Positions 38,001 through 50,000 of a DNA stretch of 64,000 bases are shown one piece after another. This DNA is from Camelus ferus. Taxonomy: Eukaryota. The translations under genes were made by a program, and so were the position numbers. Location: assembly GCF_009834535.1 (NCBI RefSeq), contig NC_045697.1:40116001-40180000 (forward strand), read 5' to 3'. The number at the start of each line of letters is the position of its first letter. Positions within the stretch are counted from its first letter, which is position 1. A model generated the notes under the pieces. That model saw only the letters and a program-made list of their open reading frames with translations. It was not told the DNA's origin and searched no databases.

Positions 38001-41000
38001 CTTGGGTGTCCTCAGAGACAGCTGGCTGAATGCTTTGGTGACAGTGACAATGCACTTTTCCAGCACAGGCATAGACTGTCCCCAGGTCAGATGGGTGGGC
38101 CCCAGCTTACCCCTACTTCCTTATTGTGCAAAATTCCATTGTTAGAATTTTTTCATGCGTGCTTTAAATTTTTTTAAATTTTTATTTATTTTTCATGTTA
38201 AGAGTAAAGATATCCTGTTTTTACTGGAACCTCTTGAAATATCAAACTGTGCATGTTCACTGGCACAAAGGTTAAGAGTTCAGGCCAGAGCTCTGAGCCA
38301 TTTGGACTTTATTTTATACCCCAGACTACTTTGCTAGGTACTTGTGTTGTTCTGCGACACTATATGGCCTTTCCAGTCCCCATAGCCTGAACTGGACCAT
38401 GAACTGGCGGTGCCTGGTCAAGCACTGGGAGGAATCTTGGCTTTTCTCTTTTGTTCTCTTGTCAGTCTTCCCAGCACACAGATGAATTGTTTTATTTTAA
38501 TTTAAAAAGCAGTCTAAATAACATGCATTGCTTTCTGTTTTCACAAAGACTCTGGCAAGGCCATTTAAAATATCTACATCAGTGGAGGGATTTGATTGTG
38601 GAGCCAGATACATTTGAATACTAAATGGTTTGTTAAGTTTTTACCTTTAATTGAAACTCTCTCTTTTTTTTTTTTTTTTTTTGGAAAAGATCATTGTAAC
38701 AGCCATCCTGGGACTGGTTATAGGTGCCATTTTCTATGACCTGAAACATGATCCTACAGGAATCCAGAACAGGTGAGTAAATTTGGGTCCTGATTTTGAG
38801 AAAGTGCTATTACTTTTTTTTCTAAGCTTTTGAAAATCCATTAAAAATATGAATTTGAGACAAGCACAGGGTAAATTGAGCAGTAGGATAAGTAAATGAA
38901 TTGAAAGCCAAATGGAGGAGTTAGTTTTCATATTCATGTGTATATATACAATGGTTAAAATACACAGAACATAAAATTTACCCTGTAAACCAACTTTAAG
39001 TGTATAATTCAGTGGCATTAATCACATTCACATTATTGTGCAACCATCCCCACCATCCAGCCCTGGAACTTTTTCCATCTTCCCAAACTGAATCTCTGTA
39101 CCCATTGGACACCAACACCCCATTCCTCCTTTCCCCAGCCCCTGGAAACCACCATTATACTTTGTCTCTGGTTTTAACTATTCTAGGTACCTCATATAAG
39201 TGGACTCATAGAGTATTTGTCCTTTGGTGACTGGCTTGTTTTCCTTAGCGTAGTATCTTCAAGGTTCATCCATGTTGGAGCATGTGTCAGAAATTTTTAT
39301 TTTTCAAGGCTGAATACTATTTCACTGTATGGATAGGCCACATGTTGTCCATAAGTTTATCTGTCTATGGACACTTGTTTCTACCTTTTGGCTGTTGTGA
39401 ATAATGCTGCTAGGAACATGAGTACACAAATAATACCTGTTTGAATCCTTGCTTTCAGTTCTTTTGAGTATATACCCAGAAGTGGGATTTTTGGATCATT
39501 TAGTAATTCTGTTGATTCTTTGAGGAACTGCCATCCTATCTTTTACAGCAGCTGCACCATTTTGCATTTCTGCCACAAGTGCACAGGGTTTCAGTTTCTC
39601 CTGAACCTTGCCACACTTATTATTTTCTGGTTTTTCCTGTTTTTGTTTCATATATATACATATATATATGTATGTATGTAATAGCCACCCTAATTGGAGT
39701 GAAGTGGTATCTCATTGTGGTTTTGATTTGTATTTCCCTAATGATTATCATTGAGCATCTTTTCATGTACATATTGTTCATTTGTGTATCTTCTTTGGAA
39801 GAATATCTATTGAAATTCTTTACTCATTTCCCAATTGGATTAAAAAAATTGTTGAGCTGTGAAACTTCTTTATATATTCTAGGTATTAACCCCTTATCAG
39901 ATATAAATTTGCAAATATTTTCTGCCATTCTGTGGATTGTTTTTTCACTCTGTTGGTAACGTCCTTTGATGCACAAAAGTTTTGAAGTTTGACATAGCCC
40001 AGTTTATCTATTTTTAATTTGACATAGCTCATTTTATCTATATTTTTCTTTTGTTGCCTGTGAGTCAATTTCCTTTTTAATTTTTGATTTGTTTGACATG
40101 GGGAGGTGGTTGGGAGTCAGTTTTTTCTAACTGTTGTATGGTTAGTACTTAAGTTAATTTTCCTTACCTGGTTTCAGTCATACCATGCCCATAAAACTTG
40201 TTTCCTGATGAGACTTTGTAATGGCTGTAGCATGCTCTGAACGGAGGTGCTGAGCAATGTGGGAGCTGCTGACTTCTCCTTGGCTTTGTGTATTGAGAAC
40301 TGCCCTGGGCCTGGCAGTGTCCCCCACGCTGTACACCTGGGGTCTCAGGTTACCCTCCCCGCCAGAGTAGGGGTGGTGTTAGCCCCCCATCTCACTGCTC
40401 GGTGGAGTTGTGGCACCTTAAGTTGAATCTATTTTGTCTGGAAAGGGGGATTGTTTGTGAAAGAAAGAGGAAACATAGAAGTCAGTTCTCATTCAGGTGG
40501 AGTAAGGTATCTCCTGTGTGGGATCATATGGTGAGACAGTTACTGGGGCTTTTTCCCCCGGAGTTATGTCATTGCTTTTTCTTTTCACCTTCCCCGAGGG
40601 CAGAGTTGCTCTCTGGCTTAATTCCAAACTTGCTAGGAATTGCCCGATTGTACCCTTTGTAGATGCCATATTTTCTTGAATCACAGAGTATGTACCACAG
40701 GATCTAGAGCTGTGGGTATTCTGTGCTGAGGGAAGCATTTGGGAAAAGCTATTGGGAAACCTGCCCTCAACTGGAATTTTAGAGAGGAACTGGAGATCTG
40801 TTCATCCAAGCTCTTGGTAGAAGACTCCAGAGAAATAAAGAAGAGCGTGAGCTGTTTCTTCACATGTTTTCTGGAGAAATAGAGCATTGGAGTTATTTTC
40901 ATTTTTATTTTTGACGTAAGCTTGCCACCAATTTTTTTTTTTTAAATCATTTGAAATTGCTCTGGAGGCCAGTGTGGTTTGGTTCTCTTTTTGAGGAATG

Positions 41001-44000
41001 AATTATTCCAGAGAGATGCTTTCTTTGCTCTTTCCCTAACCTGTATAATCATGGGTAGAATGACAGCTTCTTTGACCTAACGACACCTTATAAAACTGAG
41101 GAGATGAGAGTTAAACAGATTAACGTCTATTAAAAGAAAAGGTATTTAAAGAATTTTTATGATCCATAAGTAGACACTACCGACATGAATTACCACCTTG
41201 GAAAGTACTAGAATACATCAAATTCTTTATCAATAAAAACTCTTTACTATAAAATAAATTATCTTATGATTTAGAGGGAATTTCACTATCTCCAGGTTTA
41301 AAATCATTAGGAACATTATTGTACTGTTAGATGTAAGACTTAACATGTTGAGCCGAATTGCCCCACATTTCTGAAATTAGCTTTCACATTGATATTAGGC
41401 TTATTTGTGTGCAGAAAGTAGCATTGGTGCTTGTGTGTAGGCCTGGGTGTTTTCCATTTATTCATTATTGCATAAACATTCACTTTTAAAACAGCCTGTT
41501 CCCTAACTCCTTTACTTGGGGGAGTGTTAAAAACAATTACCAAGTATCTATGGACTCTTCTTTTGGACATTTACACACTTTGGGTTTACATTTTTTAAAT
41601 TCTCTTACATGTGTGTCATTTAAGTGACATGCCACTTTATCTCTTTCAGTTCCAACTCACATCCTCAATGTCAATTGAACTGTTTGGTTAGGAAGGAAAG
41701 CCCGACACTGTTTCAGGAATGTTGGCGTGCATTCATAGAAATCATTTTTCTCTCAAAGTGTAGATTAACTGAGTACTTTTCCTTTTCGAACTTCAGTTAT
41801 TTTACTGAGAGAGAAGCATTAATAATCTTCCTTTTCTTACAGGTGCACAGATTAATTTTTCCTTTATGAGCATTCCTTTGTTTTCTTTTTTGAGCCCACT
41901 GGGAAGAAACCCTGTTGGCAATGAGTTTTCAAGGAGAACACCAAGGCTGTTCTGATGGTTGTGAGGTGGATCTGTACAGTGAGGTGTCAGTTGAGGTTTC
42001 CCTCCACTGTCTTTCTCTTGCCTCCTTCTGTCTTTGTTTCTTCTTTATTCAACTTTTAAAAAAGTGGCTAACAGAGGTTTTTAACCTTGGCAAGCTTTAT
42101 TTGGCTCACTGTTTCTCTGTTCATACATTAGGCACAGTACTTAGAGGTTTGTTAGTTAAAATCCAAGGTGATAGTATTTTTATGGTCTGTTTAATCATCA
42201 GCTTGGTCCACAGACTGTGCCAGAGAATCACAGACTGGGCGGCTTAAAGCACAGAAATATACTTCTGCAGTTCTGGAGGTCAGGTTGCCAACAAGGTTGG
42301 GTTCTGAAGAGGGCCCTCTTCTAATTTGCTCCTCCTTGCTGAGTCCTTGGACGGCAGAGCAAGAGCTCTGGTGACTCTCCCTTCTATTCTAAGGGCACTA
42401 ATTCATTGTGGGGCCCCACCCTCGTGACCTCGTCTAAACCTAACAACCTCCCAAAGACACCATCTCTAAGTATCACTGCATTGAAGGTTAGGGCTTCCGC
42501 ACAGGAGTTTTGAGAGAATCCAGTTCAATCCATAGCAACCCAGGACTGTGAATTTCAAGCTGTGATATATGGAGCCCCAAGGGTACTACTCTGGAGATGC
42601 AGGGGTTGGGGGAGACCTAATGGGGTTCATATTTCCCTCCATTTTAACCAGAACATGTATTTTTTTGTGTGTGTCATATGTTAAGATATCATTTGAGGGA
42701 AGAGTTTTGCAGGTAGAGAGATGATTTAAGACTGTTTAATCGATGGCAATGCCTTTGTTCCCCTTCTCTCATCACAGAGCTGGGGTGCTCTTCTTCTTGA
42801 CAACCAACCAGTGTTTCAGCAGTGTGTCGGCCGTGGAGCTCCTGGTGGTCGAGAAGAAGCTCTTCATGTGAGTGGGTCTCTGTTTCAGGAAGGGCACTGT
42901 TGGTCAAGCTGGTCACATCCTGAATTAGGCTGTGCCTGGGTTCCTGGGGATTATCCATGTTGATTGAAAAAGAGCAACCAGAGCCAGGGAGGAAAATCTT
43001 GAGCATGTGGGGCCTGATACCAAGGGAAAAAGGAGTTTCAAGATTAGAGCAGAGCCTGCAAATCCAAGTGCTGCAAAGAAAGCAAGCAGTAAAGAGGCTG
43101 CAGGGGATCTTTTGTTTTTAGCAAATAAGAAGCCATGATGACCTTCACAAGGGGCTTGGTAGAGAGAAGGGAGCGGATTGAACAGTAAATTCAAAGGAGG
43201 AGGTAAAGTTGAGCAAGAAGGTTAGCCCACGACGGAAGGGCGAATGGAAGAAGCCAGAAGGCAGCCTTAAAATAAAGATGGGCTGTTTTGTTTGTGTTTT
43301 TCAAAGTTGAAAGAGACTTACATATTTACATGTTGAGGAAAGGAATCCTTAGAGAAAGAATGAAGATATTGATGGAATAATTTGAAATTACAGGAGGAAG
43401 CCCTCAGGAAGAGGAGGGATCTAGAACTTCAGAGGGGAGAGAGTAGGATTTGGTAGCTGATGGGTGCGTGGTTGGCAGTCATGATCACGGAAAGAAGCGC
43501 CATTTTCCTTTTTTTTATCATGAGAGTGGGAGAAGTAAAACGAGGTCAGTGGTCCAGAGCTGCACTTGAGGCTCAGGGAAGAGCAACGCCACCTTCTTCA
43601 TGATTAGAAGTAGGGAGAGAAAAGCCCCTCCGCCCACCAAGCTCAGCTAGAGAAGTGTTGGCCTTCAAGGAGAGCTGGTGCTGGGACAGGGAGGAGATGC
43701 AGAGCCTGCCCACCTGGAGCGGGTGTTCAGGATGCAGACTGGGCGCATCGGGAGGGAGTTCGATAGTGAGACGAGGAGTCACTGCCCAGAGCTTTGTGGG
43801 GCTCAGAGGAGGCGCACACTTAAGATGCTGACAAGAAGGGGATGGGAAGGGATAAATTTGGGAGTTTGAGATTTACAAGTGTTAGCCACTATGTATAAAA
43901 ATAGATTTTTAAAAAACTTTCTGCTGTAGAGCACAGGGAACTATGTTCAATGTCTTGTAATAACTTTTAACGAAAAAGAATATGAAAACAAATATATGTT

Positions 44001-47000
44001 TGTATATGCATGACTGGGACATTGTGCTGTACACCAGAAATTGACACACTGTAACTGACTGTACTTCAATTAAAAAAGAAAAAGATGCCGACAGGGATGA
44101 AGGGTGGTGGGTGGGCCTCGTGGATGTGGAAGCTGTAGTTGTTAGACCCCTGGGGGCAGCAGAAGTCTGTATAGCAGGTGGTTTAATCTTCTGGTCTGTG
44201 CCTTCTTAAACTAATGGAGGGTGTGTGATATGAATTTTTGCTTTTAGACATGAATATATCAGTGGATACTACAGAGTGTCATCTTATTTCTTTGGAAAAC
44301 TGTTGTCTGATTTTCTACCTATGAGGATGTTGCCAAGCATCATATTTACTTGTATAACGTACTTCATGTTAGGTAAGCCACGGGACAGAAGGTATGTGTC
44401 TTTAGTCTTGGAGATGAGGGGACTTTTTGCAAGCGGGCTTTGGTTCTCAAAACGGTAAAGAAAGCCATGAGAAAGGAAGCATCCAGTCATTATGTATGCT
44501 CTCAAATAACTGTTCTCGGAGGGGATTTTTGTCAAGACTTTTCCCAAAGTAGCTTTTAAAACTGTTTATAAAACTGTATTTTATAGGGATACTGTGTGTC
44601 ATATACAACATGGAAATTATTCATAAAACTATTTGACCCTGTGTTGGAGGAGGCTGGAGCTGGGGTATTTATTACTTATCTATTTCTTTTTTATTTGTGT
44701 ATGTGTACAAAGACAGTGAAAGATGGTGACTTCTGGAGCTTACTGGTTTAATAAAAGTATTTGTTTGATAGATGTAGACAGATTGATTTATGCATTATGT
44801 TGAGGCTATACCCCAGGCTCATTACATCAGAATTTCCATATATGTCACACACACACTCCCCCCAAAATATAGTTTTTTTGACAAAGCATTACTGATTGAG
44901 TTTAAACTTCCATTTTACAAATAAGAGATGTGTCATAAAGAATTAGGCATAGAACCTAGGTCCTCAAATTCCTATCTACTCTATAGTATTCTTATGGCTC
45001 TTGCAAAATCTGCAAATTTTTGTATGACCCATAATGTTAGCCCATTTTAGTTTATAAAGCAGTTTTATGAAGCTTAATTTAACCCCATCCTCAATCTCAG
45101 AGTTGTAGGGTGATTTGTCTTGGGAGACTTGAATTATGGATACACTCCCCCAGACGTTAAAACCACTGGGAGGTCAGGTAGTCCTGACCTTCCCGGTATC
45201 TTCAGTAACGCAGTTACAGCAAACAGTGAGTAATGGGGTGATGTCTGGGGAAAATGAGTGTGCTCTTGGCAAGTTTCCTCGTGAGAAGAGGAGGCAGAAG
45301 AATTGTGTCCAGTTGTGTTGCCTGCAGCTCTCCATCTCAGGCACTCAGAAGTTGTTAATTACAAACAAAGAAGCCAGAGCCTTCCATGCTTATGCAGTGA
45401 GTGTGAAAAAGAAAACCGTATAACTTGGTACAGTTATATCGGGGAAAACAGTGAAATTGGTGACACAGGTTGGTTGGATAGAGGATGAAATTTTTTTTCA
45501 TTCTGATACTGGTTTCTCAAAATATTATGGTGTTATTTACATAATAAACAATCCCTGATAGACAGTGACCTAGGCTGTTGGATTAACCCCCTCTTTTCTT
45601 CCTGACTAAGGACTGAAACCAGTGGTGGAGGCCTTCTTTATCATGATGTTTACCCTGATGATGGTGGCGTATGCGGCCAGTTCTATGGCACTGGCCATAG
45701 CAGCAGGTCAGAGCGTGGTCTCCGTAGCAACACTTCTCATGACCATCTGTTTTGTGTTTATGATGGTGAGTAGGAACTGTGCTTCCCTGAGATGTAATTA
45801 TTTTTCCTCATTCCTTTCTGCAGATTCACCTGTCATGTAAAATCTGCTTTGAGGTTTCCTGCTGTCAGGAAGCCCTATACTGAAGTATAGCTTATATTAT
45901 TAGGGAACGTACCAGCTCTTTCTTGATCTTATCCAGCCTTTTTTGCTACTGTTCTAACATGGTTATTATAATCTTAGTCAATGTGTCATTACAGATGAGC
46001 TTTTAAAATATACCTCTCAGTGACATATCGTGAAAGCTTGATAAATTGGAACTTTAAAAACCAGAAAAATTTTGCTTTTTCAAATTGTAAACAGGTTTTA
46101 AAATGACAGGTTCATTGTCTGAGTTTTGTGCTGATGTGAGAGGACTGCTGGCTTGTTTCGCCAGCAGCTGGTTGGGTTGAATCTGCTGCTCTCCAAGGGA
46201 GAAGCTAAACTGCATGAGAATAGAGCAGTATATGGCATGGGTCTGTCTTGGGTCTCTCTTGTATTTTGAAAAGGAGTGTTTAAAAAAATACTGAAAAATT
46301 CCAGTACTAGGACCCCTCCTTTCTGGGTTCCTGACATTCCCTTATATCAATATATTTCTGCTTACCTTTTTTAAACATTTACTTAATCCTAACCTCACAT
46401 GGTCCTAAGTTTTGTGAACACAGAAGTGAATCTGCAAGTGAAGGGAACCAGCTACCACATTTCCCACCAACACTGAGCAAACAGGAATGTGTAGCCTATT
46501 TACTTAATACACATACCTTTTCTGCTAGGGTAAGATCACATATATTTAACTGATAGGTAATTAGCACAGACTCTTACCAAAGTTTAATTCTTCCATTTCT
46601 GAGTTTGAAAGCTACGAATCTAAACATTATTGAGAAAATGATAAGCTTCATGTGTATTTTCTATAATGTCATTCAATAAATAAGATGTTGTTCAAATATA
46701 AAAATGTTTTGTTTGGTATTATTAGATGCTTTGATTTATTGTTATTTAAGGGTTTGTATGTAGAACTTTAAAAATCAGTTATAAGACTGTACTTTACTCA
46801 GCAATGCTGTGCATTATGTATTAAGCACTAGGTTGGGTCAAGCTTAAAAATCTGTAGTCACACCAGGAATATTGTCATTGTTACGCCCATGCCAGCATGC
46901 CTTGTGCCAGTTAGGAAAAGTTTTATGTGAACCTCTTCTTATGTAGCCTTCTCTTGCTGGAGTGATCCTTCATCTCCATCGCAATACTGCTTTTTTGTAG

Positions 47001-50000
47001 CTTTAAATGAAGATACTGATCATGTTTTATGCTTTGCTTTACCACATTATGCTATGTATCAGTTCCAGGCTTTGGGTTATTTTAAGCATGCATTCTGAAC
47101 CCCAAATTATTCCTAACACCATGCAGAGATAGAGTGCAAACCCTTGTAAATAAATATTACTGTGTTATGGAAATAGGGGCATGAGATGCTCAGGGTATGT
47201 TCTGGTATGTTTACTGGTGGGAACATACAGTGGTTGTATCACTGGAACAGTCAGTACATACTGACCTTCCATTGTGTGCAGTTACAGAGAAAGTGAAAGC
47301 CTCAGCAATTAAAGATCTCCCAATTAAATGAAATTTATATTATAGATATATTGTCACTCCTTTAGAATCTTAAACAGCCCCAGCTCTCGAGAGGTATACA
47401 CATACCAAGAGGGTATGCTACATCTCCAGGGTAGTGGACAGAATTTCAAGAAAGAGTTGGCCTTGGCAGAAGTGGTTACAAGGCTGTGGGGACTTAAGGA
47501 GGGTGCTTGCTAGAATTCTTCATGAAATCACTTCACCAGTTCTGATTCTTGGAATTTGCTTTTTGTAGATATTTTCAGGGCTGTTGGTGAATCTCAGAAC
47601 CATTGCACCTTGGCTCTCGTGGCTTCAGTACTTCAGCATTCCTCGATATGGCTATACGGTACGTTCTTCTTGTCACTGTGACCAGTTCATTGTTCCCGTG
47701 TTGGGAACGGCCAAAATAACGACTAACCACCTCACGTCCCCAGCCACGAGCTGTGCAGGTTTTCCGAGAATGAAGTAGAGTTTCATGTTATTAAGCCTTG
47801 GGTCACCTTGGGAATCACTGGGCATCTCCCCAGTCACCCGGTTATTGGAGGAAGGTAATGGGTGGGGAGATAACTCATGGTGAAGGAGAAAGAGCGACTA
47901 ATTGATGTGAAAAAATAACAGTGTTTCAGTTCAGTAAGGAAATTAATGAGAGGATGGGAGCCTAGAATACGTATTTTAAATCGAAAGGAAAATTAGAAGA
48001 AAAACGAAGACCATGTAATTCTCATAGCCACTATTGGCTTTAGACAGCTAATCAACTCCAGAGAAAACCATGCCTTAATGTAGTATAAATGTCTCTAACT
48101 CCCAAGAATTAGAACTGGGTTTTTTTTTTTTTTTAACATTTTTTATTGATTTATAATCATTTTACAATGTTGTGAGAACTGGGTTTGATGAGAATAAACA
48201 AGAGCAATACAAAAGATTCTTACTATAAATTACCAATTGTCATTGAGTACCACTGTATCATTTTAATTACAGTGTTTCTGGGGTCATCACACTGGGGAGA
48301 GAAAAAGGAAAGGACTATGGGGAACAGAACCAGAGGTCTCCCCTCTTGGCCAAATACTTAACTCCCTTTGTATTAGAAGCCAAAATCTTAACCCTGGGCC
48401 TCTTGATTGCCAGGGAAAATAATTTTAGCTGCTTTGGTGTGACAAAGACAGTGAACATGAAGCTTGGTTTTTATTTTTGAGAAATAACAATGAAGATTAA
48501 ATTCAGAGGATGGGGTTGTGATACTTCTTTGGAAACTTTTTGAAATGTAAAACTATTTTCCCTGCCCTGCTCCTCCTTGTGTTACAGGCTTTGCAGCACA
48601 ATGAATTTCTGGGACAAAACTTCTGCCCAGGACTCAATGTAACAGCAAACAGTAGCTGTAGCTTTGCGATGTAAGTTTGCGTTCTTGCGTTCATCGTCGT
48701 AGTGGGTTTGCTTACTGTTGAGATGTGATGCAGAAACCCCACCAGGCTTAGAGCTGGGGAGTCCTTTCAGGGACACTGACTTCTCTGAGCCTAAATTTTC
48801 TCATCTCTAAAGTGAGTTGTGCACATGAAAGTGTCCTACAACTCCGAGGTATTCTATTACGGTCAACATCATATTTTAGTTGGAGAAATGTTTCTTTTGT
48901 GTTACTTGTTTGTTTGGGGCCTTTTTAAAAGATCCTCTTGCTGCTAAGATTGTGGGTTTGAGTTTCTGTTTTTTCAGAACATCTGAGTTTGAAATGAGCT
49001 GCTTTGACATCATAGCAAGGCCTTAGCAGTATTGGAACTGTATGGATTATTTGAAGGGTGTGGATCCATGAACTTAGGGATTCCTGCAAGCCCAACCCGT
49101 GGCCCACAGGAAGAGCTGAAAGGGCAGAGGAACAGAAAGGGAGTGAGCATTTTCCTGCCACAGTCCTGGTACTTGCCTCTTCCTCTTGCATTTAGGAAAC
49201 ATGAAATCAAAGTCTGCACAGTTGTTTTTTTTTTCAAAACTGACCCAGCAAAGGGTGTATCCTCTAAAGAGAGAAATACATATTTCAGTAAGCTGAAAAG
49301 GAAATCCTTTTTTTTTTTTTGGTATAATATCCATAAAACAAAAATGTAGATTATAATAAAATTAGAGGTGTTGTTTTAAAATCAACATTTTCCTTTTTGG
49401 TGATTGTTGTTCATGGTGCGATTTTTAATACATTAATTAATGAGAGAAAAGAAAATGCTACTATCCTAAATCTCATGAATATTCAAGTAGAATATTCTTA
49501 ATATAACAGGACAAATGGCTATTTTGAAGTATTGCCAGAAAAACCTCTGTGAAGAGAAGCTTCCTTTATCCCACCCACTGCCTTTCTTTTGATCTGGGTA
49601 CAACCTTTTTTTTTGGAACTGCTAAATTCCAAGAGTCACACAAAAATGATACCAGGCAATAAAATGTGGTTTTATTTTTAGTACCAGCTGCTTTTCTGGC
49701 CTGTGGCGAGGCTGCTCCGTCTTGCCCTTCTCCTGCTCCCGCGAACACTTAACTGGCAACTGGGCCTCCTGGTGACGTCCTGTGGCCCAGTGTCTGCGAT
49801 GCTCATGCCAGGCTTGGTGGGAGAGCTGACAGGGCAGCTCTGGCAGGAAGCCCATACTCACCTTTTCGCCTCGTTTCCGAATTCTCAGCCTGAGTGCTTT
49901 TGTGTGGCTGATGTGTGTAATGAGCTCTACAAAGAGTGCCGATCATCTTTATCAGGGCCTTGGATCTCATTTGCTAAAGCTGCAGTTTTCCCTGTCATTT

